From assembly GCA_053919585.1 (NCBI GenBank), contig CM132785.1: a stretch of DNA of 64,000 bases; one strand, 5' to 3'. Made by a program: the position numbers and the translations under genes. Under the pieces are notes generated by a model. It saw only the letters and a list, made by a program, of their open reading frames with translations. It had not been told where the DNA came from and did not search any database. This document shows positions 50,107 to 63,504 of the stretch, piece by piece. The first letter of the stretch is position 1; each line of letters opens with the position of its first letter. Source of the DNA: Euprymna scolopes. Its lineage: Eukaryota.

Positions 50107-53100
50107 TTATGGGACTGGCATCTCATTACTACTTCCTTTATAATGTTCTCAATATCGGATTAAATTTTCCTGTTTTGTTTTTTTTAATGTTGCTTATGTG
50201 TTGATCATCTCCAAATATTATCAATTGTTTTATCTACAATTTCGATTTTCTACTGATAATTTTTTGGACACAGAAGACAACGGACGGCTTCCCGTTGTCT
50301 CCTTCCCTTCACCGGGGGGGGGTCGAACGCTGATGTGTGTAGAAGAAGAATCCACACAGGCCGATTTCACTTCCACCTTCTGCAGGACATCTGGAGAAAG
50401 TGAAATAAAAACTATAGAACTAATTCCTCGTCTTGGAGTAATTGAATCTTCATCCAAAAACAGGTATCAAGTCTCCCTCCAGGATGAGAAATTTCCAGAT
50501 GGTCCAACATCGAAGAAGCAGTGGTAGGTTCTGAAAATACATGTCACTCACACACGATTCCCTTTATAATATAACACGTCATCTCTTCTAATCCATTATT
50601 AGAGATGACGCATCAAACACTCAATTTGGAGCCGTGAATGACCAGACCACCCAGCACGGGTGGGTTTAAAAAAAATAAAAATATTTTTTTTTAAAAAAGC
50701 ACAACGTTTTAAAAGGGTCAAACATAATTTAAATAAATAATACCACGAAAAAAAACATTACACGATCACAGAAATGCGATAAAAAAAATGGAACACACAC
50801 GCACACAGAAAACTAAAGTTTACAAGAAAATATTAAAAAAAGCAATATACACGTACAAACTTTTCATGAAGAAAGAAAAGGAAGACATACAGACACACAG
50901 ATGTAAAACTTTATATATAGAAAATAGTTTAAAAAAATGTTTATCGTATTAGGAATTAGCTCGTTATGAACGAAGAAAAATATCACTTAATGTAAAAATT
51001 AGAGGGGAAAAACAAAGAATTGCGTTATTCTGTTTAAAGCAAGGGACCGATGAGACAGTAAGAAAATGTAATGAGAACACGCACAAATGAAATTGTTTGG
51101 AAATGTGTCAATCATAACTTGAATATTTACACCGTTGCAGAAAAGAGAAAATGGCCATCGCTTGTCTTGAACTGGGTTAAAAAAAAGAAAAGAAAGAAAA
51201 CAAAGTAGGGTCCTTTCATTAAACAGCGGTGAAACAAATATATATAGAGACACAACGAAAAAAAGACACATTAAAATTATGTATAGTTAGATTATTTGAT
51301 AAATTAAGAAAAATAAAAAAAACAGATATATCAATCGACAGACTGATAACAAATTGGTATAAAAGAAATAGAACACATAAACTTTAGTTACAGAGTTGAA
51401 ACAAAAGGGAAAAAGAAATGAGATGACTGTCACGATTACCAGAGAAAAACGTCAATCAAATATTTCTTGTGAATTTATAAGTTAAACAAATTATAAGGTT
51501 AAATCGTTGCTAAATTGTAAAAGCTTTGTGTACTTTTAGGAAAAGACAATGCGTATTTTTGTTTGTTTGTTAAGAAACAATGGATACTTTCTGCTAGTGT
51601 GGAATGTTTTTTTTTCTCTAATTGTACGGGGTTTTTTTCGTAAGAATTTTTTTTCTGGTGTGGAAAAATGTTATTATGTGTAAACTGTTTTATGAAATGT
51701 TAAAATTTATGTTTTTTAGATGGAAAAAAAAGAAAAAAAACACAAGTGTTGTCTTAGGGTGATGGGATTCTGTGATTTCGAGTAGGATCAACATGGAAAA
51801 ATCCATGGATGGAATCCCGATATGTTTCGCTGAGCTATATGCCTTGAAAGGCAGTCGCGGTTACCGACGTGGAAAAAAAAATTTTTTTTCAATATAGCAA
51901 AGCGAAATATATTTCTGTCCAACATAAGGGAGCAAATGGAGTTCCCCTGACGTGGCATAAGTGGCAGTAGAGAAAATGGCAGAAAAGGCCATAATAGAAA
52001 TCACTCGGATGAGTAAAAGGTGATAATTTTTTTTCAGAAAACCCCAAGTGTTGGGTGACGTAGACAAAATTTAGTTTCCATCGATTGTTATTTTGTGTTG
52101 AATTTTTGTTTTTGAAGGATTGTCTGAAAATTTTAAGTGAGTCGTATTTTTTTTGTTTGTTTTTTGTTTTTGGAAACGACTATGTATTTTAATTGTAAAT
52201 GTCTATGTATTTCTATAAACGACTGTGATTTAAAAAAAATATTTTTTTTATTTTGGAGATTCTGTGAGGTGGTCAAAGGTTATGTAAACTAACCTCAAAA
52301 TGTGCTGACGTGGACAATTTTGGGTTTCCACGAATCTATGTTTTTGTTATTCGTAATTTTTATTGGTGAGATGAGACTTTGTGAATGATTGTAAGAATTT
52401 TTTTTATTTATATTTTCATGCGATTGATGTTTTCTCACAGCATAATTGTGCAGGTTTTTTCTTGTTCTTGGACATGTATTTTTTTTCGCAGAAGGAGGAG
52501 GAGTGGAATTTGCCTTGTGGGATTTATTGAGATAATAATTAATTTATAAGTAAGAACATGTTAATTAATTATTAATGATAGTAATAATATTGATAAAATG
52601 TTAGTCTCACGTTTAATTAATTAGTCAATTAATTAAAGGGCCGAGGTAGTGGAAAATATTGGACAAATCGACCAATTCGGTAAAAAGAGTAAAGTTGCAG
52701 CGTATATTTCGCTGTTAAGTGCGGCCGGTGCACTTATACCGAAGGAAGACCTTGTGCTTTCGTGTGTTGCTATTTTATTTTTTATTTTTTATTATATTGT
52801 TTTGGCTATTATTTTTTTTTTATTTTGTGTTTGTATGGAATCCATCGGAAAAAAATTGTGACATTAAAAACATTACTGGAAATATCGATGGACCGATAGA
52901 CGATTGAAAAAAAAATGGTTAATGGAGGGGTGTTATGTAATGGATGGCTGGAACCATCCGATACATAACTGAAAAGAAAAAACTTCTTTAACAAAAGATT
53001 TAAAAGAGTGGGCATCGAATAATCGATTGTCCACCAGTCGAAAAGAGAAAGTGCTTACGTCCTAAACAGAGAAATCGGACGACGATTTTTTTTGTTTACA

Positions 53101-53929
53101 AAACAAGGAAACGTGACAATCCTCGTAACTCTGGAATGTATAGATATTAGCATGAGTGCAAAATTCACGTGTCGGTCAGCTGAAGATAAATTGCACCATG
53201 ATTCTGGGTCAGGAAACGGCGAAAAAATTGTCAAAACGTGACTAAAGAACGCGTGTTCTATTATCGATCAGTTGATTGACAGATCGTGTGGATAGGAAAA
53301 AACCAAGCGAAAGAAATGCCAATATAAGCGGTGATTTTTGGAATCTAACCTGAAGCAGAAGAAGGAGAAGAAGAAGGAGGAGAGAAGAGAGTAGAGAGAA
53401 GAAGAAGAAAAAGAAAGAGTTAGGAAGCGTGCGACTGTCGAGAGCCTAGCGTTTCCACACAGCCCTCTCCATCACTGAAATGAACAGTAAGCCACCCTGT
53501 TAAAGTTTGAACTATTGACGATCTCTGTGTAAAACAAAAAATATAATTTGAAAACAAAATATATTTTTATATGAAAAGCCAGTGTGTCTTACGTCTTGAT
53601 TTGTTATGTTGAGTTACGTCTAACCTTTGTGTGCATCTCAAATTCGGGTTTGCCGGAATCTTTATTTTGACAGGTATGACAACTATAGAAAGTCGAGAAA
53701 TAAGAAAATGCACAGTCAAGGGGGAAATAACTCTGTCGTCTTAGCCGTTACTATAACAACCAGAAATTAAACAACTAGACGATAAATAAGAGACGGCTAC
53801 TGGGTTTCTGTTGCAGAGGGGAACGTACTAATTACGGTCGTTCCTAGCCTAGGGGTCCTGGGCTATATAACTCAAGCATTATCTTGGACGTGAATTGGCT
53901 TGTTTTTTGTTTTCTAGGTGTTATTTCCG

Positions 53930-54758
53930 AAGTTTCTGATGCAATTCCTTGATTGTTGAAAGTACTTCCTAACTGTAATGGTTTAGCCTGCATTCAAGAA
54001 AACAGTTGTGGATAAGATTGGTCGCAAACCACCAAACCTAAACCTGACCAAATTTTAGTGCAACTGATATCCGGAAGTGTCGTGGAGATTCGTTGGCTTC
54101 TTATAACTGAGTTGAGCGTCGCCTGTTGTCGTAAAGAATCCACTTTTTATCGCAAGTCACAATCCAGTGGTAAAATGGGGCCGTCTCTGTGGCGTAAAAG
54201 TAGAGAAATTGGTACTTGATAATGGTGTTTCTCTTGATTGTCGTTTAGTTTATGAGGCACAAATTTATCAATATTTTCAATTTCTGTCAGGTATGTGGAA
54301 ATTGCCGTATAGGACGCCTTATTTAGAAGCAGGTTCACGAAGAATTTGCGTGGATTGGCTTCAACTTAGGCTCTTAATTGACCTTTGTAAACATCCGATG
54401 ACCGACCACTACGCTCATCATATTCAAGACTCTCGTCGCCACCGAGAAATGTTTTATAGCACCAGTTTCTGATTAGTACAGTAGTCGTTCCTAGTTCAAG
54501 CGCTTTGTAGACATCGCTGGATGTTTTATACGCTTTTAGGTCTAACTTAAATTGAAATAATAAAATTGTGCAAATTGTTTTTCAATTTTATAGTCAACGT
54601 TCGAAAAGTTATTTTAAAACCATTATAATTAAACGATTAGATAAAATTGTAGTTTAAATAATATATAATATAATAGTATTATAACAAACACTAATTTGAA
54701 AAAAATATAATCTAAAATCAAAATAAAAAATTTCGCAAGAACTTTCTACTCAACCTAA
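53930..54758 (-). mobile_element. mariner DNA transposon, 5' half
   Basis: TIR TTAGGTTGAGTAGAAAGTTCTTGCG. Remnants GDESLEYDERSGRS, DKFVPHKL and IVTCDKKWILYDNRRRS. Confidence 0.9.
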
Positions 54759-54976
54759 TTATATATATATATACGCACACACAGACACATATATGTGTGT
54801 GTGTTTGTGTGTATGTGTGTTAAATCATAACACCACGTTTTAATCTTATGTTGTGAGGAGTTTGCATCTTATGTTGGTGAGGATTTTGCATCTTTTTCTC
54901 GATGGGATTCATGAAGTTCGTAGATTATGTTTTTCATTTTGATGTTCACCTTTGAGACACAACCGGATTATATATT

Positions 54977-56143
54977 GTAGAGAGAGCCAACCTTCCTCGC
55001 AGCGGCCCTGGCAATGCCCTCGATGTAATTGTTCCAACTCATGTTTCCCGTGAACATTAGGCCAAGGAGCTTGAAAGACGTACTCTCAGATAATGAGTCG
55101 TTGGCCATTGCTATAGGTGGTAGAGAAGGTTTCTTGTAGTTATTGAATGAAACCAGTTTAGTCTTGGCGGCATTGAACGTGACCATCCATTTTTGTCCCC
55201 ATTCCACTACTGATTGGAGGTCATCCTCTAGTGTTTCTGCCATTACTTTAGATATATGTTCATTTGTTTTCCTGTCGTGCCTGCTATAAAGTGTAGTGTC
55301 ATCAGCATATATACCCATCTCAGAGGCGGTTTTGTCGGGGAGGTCATTTATGAATATCAGGAACAGTAGAGGTCCAAGGATAGATCCCTGGGGCACTCCC
55401 GCATTTATATCATATTGTTTAGATGTACGACCGTCGAGGACAACCTGGATTTTTCTCTTATCTAAGAAGGATTTAAATATGTTAAGTATTCTACCAGTGA
55501 TACCGTATGATCTAATCTTCCTGAGGAGACCCTTATGCCATACCCCGTCAAAAGCCTTAGATATATCTAGAGCTACCCCTATGCCCTCTCCCGCTTTGTC
55601 CAGTGAATGGTATATGCGTTCAGATATTACAGTGAGTATGTCTGCTGTGGAACGGGCTTGTCTAAATCCATATTGTTGGTCGGTCAGAAGTTTAGCATCT
55701 GTAAGGTGCTGGAGTAGAGCATGGTTAATTAAGGTCTCAAATATTTTGGCAAAAAGTGGGAGGAGGCTAATAGGGCGATAATTTAATGGGTCAGTTCTTT
55801 CGCCAGAATTTTTAAATACTGGTACCACAGAAGAAGTCTTCCAACAGCCCGGAAAGCAAGATTCATTAAGGCATTTGTTGTTGAGTTTGGAGAGAACTGG
55901 AGCTACTTCGGCTGAGCACTTTTTTAATAGCACAGCTGGGATGAGGTCGGGTCCACATGCTTTTGAAGTGTCAAGGTTTTTTTATGATAGCATGCACCTG
56001 AGCAGGTGTGATTTTCAGATCGTCTAGCGTGGCGTCTGTCCGCATAGGAAATTGAGGTAGGGGGTGGTTGGGAGGGTCCAGGGTGGAGTTTGAGGCAAAC
56101 CGACTGGCAAGCATGTTAGCCTTTTCGGTTGCTGAGCTAACAA
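54977..56143 (-). mobile_element. CR1/Zenon-like LINE, inverted 5' segment encoding most of the RT
   Basis: 321-aa ORF with NYRPISLLP, QYGFRQARST, ALDISKAFD, GVPQGSILGPLLFLIFINDL and YADD. Confidence 0.95.
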
Positions 56144-56673
56144 CCCGAAAGTATCCTGTACCTCTATAAGGCCACCATTCGCCCATGTATGGAGTATTGC
56201 TGTCATATTTGGGCTGGTGCATCGGCTACTAGTCGTTCGCTCCTTGACAGGGCTCAAAAGAGAGTCGCAAATCTGATAGGCCCTTAACTGGCATCTAAGA
56301 TTCAGCCTCTGTCCATCGACGAAACGTTGCATCCCTCTGCCTGTTCTACAAGTATTTTAATGGTTAATGCTCTGATGAACTGCAAGTACTTGTGCCCCCA
56401 CGACGTGAATGCCTTCGACAGACCCGACAAGCTGCAAAATCCCACCCCCACACTGTAGAGATCCCTAGATGTCTTTCTACTCCAGTAATTTCTTCCCCAG
56501 AACTGCTAGACTCTGGAATTCCATTCCGAGTCACTGCTTCCCCAACTGTACTGACATGCATAAGTTCAAGTGCAACGTGAACCGACATCTTGCTGCCCAA
56601 ATCCCTACACAGTACCCCAGTAGATGTTTCCCCTGATAGTAGCCCCCTACACCAAAGTGGCAATGTGCTTTGT
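56144..56673 (+). mobile_element. same LINE copy, forward 3' segment (runs into a gap)
   Basis: PESILYLYKATIRPCMEYCCHIWAGA, continuing ~21 nt downstream of where the inverted part ends; subfamily B 3' UTR. Confidence 0.92.
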
Positions 56674-57226
56674 NNNNNNNNNNNNNNNNNNNNNNNNNNN
56701 NNNNNNNNNNNNNNNNNNNNNNNNNNNNNNNNNNNNNNNNNNNNNNNNNNNNNNNNNNNNNNNNNNNNNNNNNNNNNNNNNNNNNNNNNNNNNNNNNNNN
56801 NNNNNNNNNNNNNNNNNNNNNNNNNNNNNNNNNNNNNNNNNNNNNNNNNNNNNNNNNNNNNAATTATTATTCAGAAAAATATGATTTGGCAAACAATAAT
56901 TTATTGTTTAGACAGAGAATACAATACTATTTGTAATTTCCTTATTCTATGAATGTTCGATGTAGTCTCATCTGCTCAAAAGAAAAAAAATCATTAGCAA
57001 CATATAAATTCTGGCTTAATATAAATATGCTATTTAACAACTACATAGAAATATATAAAGTCTTTTTAAGGTACACCGAGAAAAAATAAGTGTTGAAACA
57101 AAAAAGTAGATAAGACTTCGGTATCCTAATAGAATAATTATCCTTGAATAGAATAGGATGGTGTTATTAGGTTCCATGTTGGTTGAAGATGCATTAATCT
57201 TTAATCTAATTCATCGCATTATTCCC

Positions 57227-57303
<77 letters not shown>

Positions 57304-57703
57304 AGATTTAAGCAAGCAAACAAAAACGACTCGTGGTTCACAGATTTTAATAATTGTTTAGATAAGTCAGTGCTCCCCCATTTCACCAAATAATCTAGTG
57401 TTCTACATTGTAGGAGAAAGAGTGAGAGAGAGAGAGAGAGAGAAATAGATAGGAGGAGTGGGGATATGAGAAAAGAGAGAGAGAGAAGACCAGATAGATA
57501 CTGATGAGCAAAAATTTTGTATGTGATGCTGCGTAAGACTATGAAAAACAGTTTTCGGCCAATAATAGACCCCTGGGGCATACATGTGTGATTTGAGTGT
57601 CTTTATTTTTTTTTGTTGTGGTAACTTAAATAACACATTTTTTCAACCAAATAAGTTCCAAAAAATTATATTAGATTATGAAATTAATCATTTCCGTATT
57701 AAA

Positions 57704-58025
57704 TGAATATTTTCCAGAAGTCACGATTTCCTAATTTTTGTGCGTCGATATGTTTTTTAGTGGTTTCAGTAAATTCTCTCTTGGCTGTCGCTATTTCTTT
57801 CTTAACGTTAATTCTAGCTTTTATGTACTCCTGTTTGTTTGAACTGGACATATGTCGGTTAAATCTTCGGTATGCATGCTGCCTTTGAGCAATGGCAGTT
57901 GCGCAAGTCGAAGTAAACCATGGGGAGAGTGGGGATTGTTATAATATTTCCGCATTCCATTGCTGTTTTGAACCATTCAGTGGTCTCATTTGCGCACTGT
58001 TCAGCAGGAAGAGAAAAAATATTTC
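57704..58025 (-). mobile_element. CR1/Zenon-like LINE, inverted 5' segment (EN-RT linker)
   Basis: NIFSLPAEQCANETTEWFKTAME and PWFTSTCATAIAQRQHAYRRF...QKLGNRDFWKIF. Confidence 0.8.
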
Positions 58026-59082
58026 CAGGTTGTCCTCGACGGTCGAACATCTAAACAGTGTGATATAAATGCGGGGGTGCCTCAGGGGTCTATTATTGGA
58101 CCTCTATTGTTCCTGATATTTATTAATGACCTCCCCGACAAAACTGCCTCTGAGATGGGTATATATGCTGATGACACTACACACTATAAGAGGTATGGCA
58201 GGAAAACAAATGAACACATATCTAAAGAAATGGCAAAAATACTAGAGGATGACCTCCAATCTGTAGTGGAATGGGGACATAAATGGATGGTCACATTCAA
58301 TGCTGCCAAGACTAAACTGGTGTCCTTCAATAACTACAAGAAACCATCTCTGCCACCAATAGCAATGGCCAGTGACTCCCTGTCTGAGAGTACATCTTTC
58401 AAACTCCTTGGCCTAACGTTCACAGGAAACACGAGCTGGAACAATTATATTGAAACATTGCCAGGGCCGCTGCGAAGAAGGTAGGTTCTCTCTACCGTGC
58501 TAGAAAACTATTTACACCTGAAAGTATCCTGTACCTCTATAAGGCCACCATTCGCCCATGTATGGAGTATTGCTGTCACATTTGGGCTGGTGCATCTGCT
58601 GCTAGTCTCTCGCTCCTAGACAAGGTTCAAAATAGAGTCGCCAATCTGATAGTCCTTGAACTGGCATCTAAGCTTCAGCCTCTGTCCCATCGACGAAACG
58701 TTGCATCCCTCTGCCTGTTCTACAAGTATTTTAATGGTTAATGCTCTGATGAACTGCAGACACTTGTGCTCCCACAACGTAGACATCCTCGACAAACCCG
58801 ACAGGCAGCTAAATTCCACCCCCACACCGTAGAGATTTCTAGATGTAAAAGATATTTCTACTCCAGTAGTTTATTCCCCAGAACCGCTAGACTCTGGAAT
58901 TCCATTCCGGGATAATGCTTCTCTAACTGTACTGACATGCAGAAGTTCAAGTGCAACGTGAACCGACATCTTGCTGTCCAAATCCCTACATAGTGCCCCA
59001 GTAGTGTCTGACCCTGATAGTCGCCCTCTACACCAAAGTGGCAATGTGCCTTGTTTGGGGTGAAAATGTAATTAAAAAAAAA
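58026..59082 (+). mobile_element. CR1/Zenon-like LINE, forward 3' segment with 3' end
   Basis: QVVLDG..GVPQGSIIGPLLF..YADD; highly similar to 54977-56673; ends GGGGTGAAAATGTAA and an A-rich tail. Confidence 0.95.
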
Positions 59083-60249
59083 GAATATGTCATAAAGCAA
59101 TCCCTTTTTTTAAGTAAAACTTTTTGGTAATTGAGTATAACACGGTAGCTTATCTTTCAATCGAGTCACTTAATTATGGTATTGAAAAACAAAATGAAAC
59201 ACTACTTCTAAACTGGTTACTTTTTCTTTATTTGTTTTATCAATTTTATCGCATTTAAAGATAACTAGGTATATTTAAGTTTATATGTCATAATTTATTT
59301 ATTTCCACAAATATACAAAAAACAATGGATGTGTCGCATTGTGCTTCACTTAAAAATATTTTTTAAAGGTGTTTGTTTTATTTATCTAGATATTTTGAAA
59401 ATATATGTATTTATAGAAATTTTAAATAGTGTTTTGGGTTCTAATTATATTATTCATACAATGCGCATTTGCATATTAGTAACTATAAAATCTGAAAAAA
59501 AATGTGATATGTTCATTGTTTTTTTATGTTTCTGTAAATAAATTTATTTTATAAATATTGAAATACTTTCCCCAAAAAGTAATTCATAAAAATGTATTAA
59601 AAATATTTAAGAATTAAACATTTTTCAAGGCACATTCATTGTTTTTTTTAATATTTCCGTTAATAATATACTTTAAAACATAAATATATTAACACAAAAT
59701 ATCTTGATATTTTACCCAAATATATACGTAAGCAGTTTCAGAGAAAAGCGGAAGTATTGTTTCTATTTTATGCTCAATTGAGAGATGCGAAGGCCCTCTG
59801 AAGACGTGTTTGAAAGTTAAGCTGCAGTGTTATGCTCAATTACCTACTTTTGTTTTTTTTTAAATTTGACAGGTAAATGCTCTTAAAAAATTAATTAATT
59901 CGAAATGTAAAGCAGAATTTTACATGTTTCCAAATTACATGTCAATTTAAACCAAAACAATACGACACCCATCAGATTTTGTTTCAAACTAGTATCTAAC
60001 GATAAAGATGTTTTCATTGTTTATGCATAAACGAAATAATTGTGTGTTTTATTTCGTAGTTTACTTATTCCAAAAATCATTTATTAAGTTTCTGTTTTAC
60101 ACTATTGTACGAGTTCTCTAAGGTACTCCTTAATATTAAATATTATATACATAGACATTTTGTCTGCCTGTAGAGAGGATTTGGAATGCTGCTTAAGTAG
60201 TGGTTTAGTACACCTCGTTTACCTATCTGTTGTCCACAGTTTCCGAGTT

Positions 60250-61995
60250 ACAGTCGGAGTACACTCTGGCATGGGCTGTCACAAGTGAGTGACAACGGAA
60301 AAAAAACGTCTTGCGACAGTGAGTAGCTGCCTCAGCTATGAAGTCACGTGCTCGGTGATTGGCAGCCCTTAAAGTCTAAGGCATGCATGACCCATCGGCA
60401 TGTGGACAACACTCTGGTGTCTAGACAAATGATTAGGGAACTATCTCTCAAAATAGGTACATGAAGCTGTCGGAAGCAGGACGTAGGCCATGAAGGAGAA
60501 TGAATCTCTAGCAAATCAACGGGTCGTCAATTGCAGCTATGCGGATGATCTAAGAACAACGGATAGGTGCTAACAGGTGAGTCAGATGTCACTGTGCTGA
60601 GGAAGATAATGGCAACACATCCCATGTATTTTCACAAGTTTAATTCATGTTATGTCTTCAAAAAGGAATCGGATCAACAACGTAAAGGATATTGGTAAAA
60701 ATCACGGTTCCCTGTTCGGCAGGGATTAACGCGCTATATGTTGTCATGAAGCCACTGCAGCAGTGAATATTTTTACGTGGAATATAAGAACTATGTATCA
60801 GACCAGAAAACTAGACAACTTTGTAAAAGAGATGAAGCGACTAAACTTCAACATTCTGGGTGTGGCCGAATTAAACGGCCTGGCGCTTGAAAGATACTTT
60901 CAGATGAAACAAGTCTGAGTGCTCGGCGTTGCCCGGGTGGTTGAAGGTGCGTGTTGAGCAAAAAAAAAGAAGTTGTAGTAGGCAGGCAAGCTCGAACCCG
61001 TACCGCGAAGGAGAAAAACAACGCGAAAATAACGTGCCGTCTTTACCGTAGGTTCATCGCTAACCGGAAATGGCGAGGTTTAAATTAAAGCTAATCAATC
61101 GAAAGGAAGGAAGGAATTTCGAAAATATCGGTGAAAGAACCGACGCCCTAACTGTAGATAGGGCCCAGTTACAGAGAAAGGAATGACTGTTTTTAGCCAA
61201 TTGTTCGATATTTGTCGTCTGAAGGGTGGAGTTTACAAAACGCTACCGATCACGTGAAAATCCGTCGCCTCTATTGAACAGTTTTAAACAAACATGCGTA
61301 CGTACATACGTTTAAACAGACAGATGGTGTGTCTATACTCGGGTAACAGCAACCAACGGAATAAGAAAGGTGTAGGGATATTTCTGGGTCCAAAAAATGG
61401 CAGTCTTGCTGGCTTATGGTGCATTTCTGAACGACTCGTGCTGATTCGACTCCGTGGCAAACCATTTGATATAGTGGTGATTCAGTGCTATCCTCCAACA
61501 GCTGAGATCAACGATGAAAAGATTGATGGTTTCTACGAACAGTTGGACTCGACAATGAAACAATGTAAATCGGACAAGATCAGGATAATCACGGGCGACT
61601 GCAACACAAAGGATGGATATACCATAGACGGCGATGCAGTGGGCCTATTCGGACTAGGTATGCGAAACGAGCGTGATCAGCTGGTTGATTGGTGCAAGAT
61701 GGATATGATTATCACGAACTTGTTCTTTCAGTATTATCTCAGAAGCATTTACACGTGGAAGATTCCTGCTGACGGTTGCCGTCATCAGATTTATTTCATC
61801 TTAGTCAACAAGCGATTTTAAATGCGATTGAAAGACTCCGAGCCTATCCGGGTGCGGATTGCAACTCAGACCATGTTTTTCTATATAACAGAATCAGACT
61901 GAAGGTGAAGAATATCACGAGCAAGAAACCAGTAGCACAAAAGCAAACCAGACTGCTAAAAAAAGACAATGGCACGAGAAACGGTTTCCTTTAGT
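60250..61995 (+). mobile_element. RTE-clade LINE 5' part (UTR and APE endonuclease), interrupted by a Helitron-type insert
   Basis: TWNIRTMYQTRKLDN..LNFNILGVAE, KKGVGIFL, SERLVLIRL, IQCYPPT, TGDCNTK and YPGADCNSDH. BovB-like UTR motif GGAAGATAATGGCAACAC. 5' boundary approximate. Confidence 0.88.
60908..61325 (+). mobile_element. non-autonomous Helitron/Helentron-type element inserted in the RTE ORF
   Basis: Splits the APE frame. Starts ACAAGT..GCTCGGCGTTGCCCGGG; homologous to 18760-19055 and 62770-63252. Confidence 0.68.
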
Positions 61996-62769
61996 GCGAG
62001 AATATAGCGGAAAGTAACCGTTTGAATCCAAGTGACTTCGTTTTAGGAGGCCTATCGCACGTATTATTTGTTAGTTAGGAGGACACATTGAGTCAGAATG
62101 CGGTGTCAGTGAATAGGAGAACTGCCAGTTTTTGTTTAGGTTACAGATGTGGATAACAATATAACTGTAAATCTTACAAAGCGGAAACCACAGACGTATA
62201 CACAAATATAACGGAAGTTGTAACAATTTTATTAAAATAAAAAGAGAAAAATTGCTTGCGATATGGAAATATATTTCTTGTATGCTTTCTTGAATCATAG
62301 TTTTTATTTATAGCAACAATGGAATCACAATGTAATTTATATGGACAAAAACATCGAATGAATAAACATGATGTGCAAAACGGAAGTAACTTTTGTAAGT
62401 AGGAAATGAGCGCCAACAAATAATGCGGGTGTCTATCCGTGTATAGAAGATTAACAGCTAGAAAGTCAAGTAGAAACATTTTTTTTAATATTTTTTCTAT
62501 AAAGATATGACTTACCTCGCATCATTATATCCGCTCCGTTGTTCAAATAGACAATTATATTCATCACCTGACATAATACTAATGCAAGACAGATTCTTTA
62601 TTAAATTTTCGTGACGAAAAAGTATAATAAATGCAGAAAAGTAATATTATAGAGAATAAAGTTATTTAAGTATTGTAATATAGTTAAGAAACTTCAAATA
62701 AAGTTAGGTAAGCTTCAATGCAGTAGTATTAATGCTTATTAAATATCTACGCTACTTTCTTACAAGATA

Positions 62770-63252
62770 ATCTAATATATGAAAGGCAAAATGTGTGTAT
62801 ATTTGTTTGTGTGTTTGTATGTCTGCAAAAATATTTGACACATGCAACGGATCCTCACTGAATCGGTATCGTTTTGAAGTTCGATCCTTCGAATGATAAA
62901 TATCGAAGAATTGACTAAAAACATTAATACCTTCGCCCTCAACTGGGCATTTTTTCAAAGGAGGGCAAGTTTTGCGTCGACATTTTCGCAAGTAATTGTT
63001 TCTGTTTGATTGATTTCACGTAATTTCAACGCTCGTGACTTTCCTGGAGGCATTGGAACCTTTTTTTCACCTTCGCGGTTCAAGCCTGCCTGCCTATTAC
63101 CACATTTTCTATTTTTAACATCTCTCTCCACCCAGGCTGACTATTATTGTTTTGATCCGCCCACTACCACTTTATACATCCCTCCCCCTTGTTTCTTTTC
63201 TACACCACATACAAACACCCGGGTAATGTCGGGCACCCCCGCTAAATACTTA
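62770..63252 (-). mobile_element. non-autonomous Helitron/Helentron-type element
   Basis: Minus strand GCCCGACATTACCCGGG ... CAAAACGATACCGATTC..GATCCGT..(CAAA/CA)n..TATATTAGAT. Confidence 0.62.
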
Positions 63253-63504
63253 TAAAGAAGAAAAGTCAAACAAAATAAAAGTTAGATAAAAACATGCGGG
63301 AATACACAGCTCAATATTTTCTTGTTTTACAAAGGGGGCACAAAATATCAAAGGCCGGCGGCCATTCGAGGATAATGGTTAATGTGTGTATGGTAGTAAT
63401 TGGGACAATAGCGGGGATATCGTCTGTGGTTGAAATTTGTTATTATTCGATTATTTACGATGACGATTCAATAAAAACGTGCTTACAGCGGACGTGACGA
63501 TGAT

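Noticed and set aside
53360-53672. Solo LTR
   Set aside because: Ends in TGACA, but no matching TG start, TSD or PBS could be established.
55296-55781. 161-aa plus-strand ORF
   Set aside because: Antisense shadow of the RT ORF.
58014-59091. AAAAAATATTTC / AAAGAATATGTC as a LINE TSD
   Set aside because: The left sequence is itself part of the inverted LINE segment.
61294-61821. Host CFDP2-like gene
   Set aside because: Decayed RTE endonuclease, split by an insertion and frameshifted.
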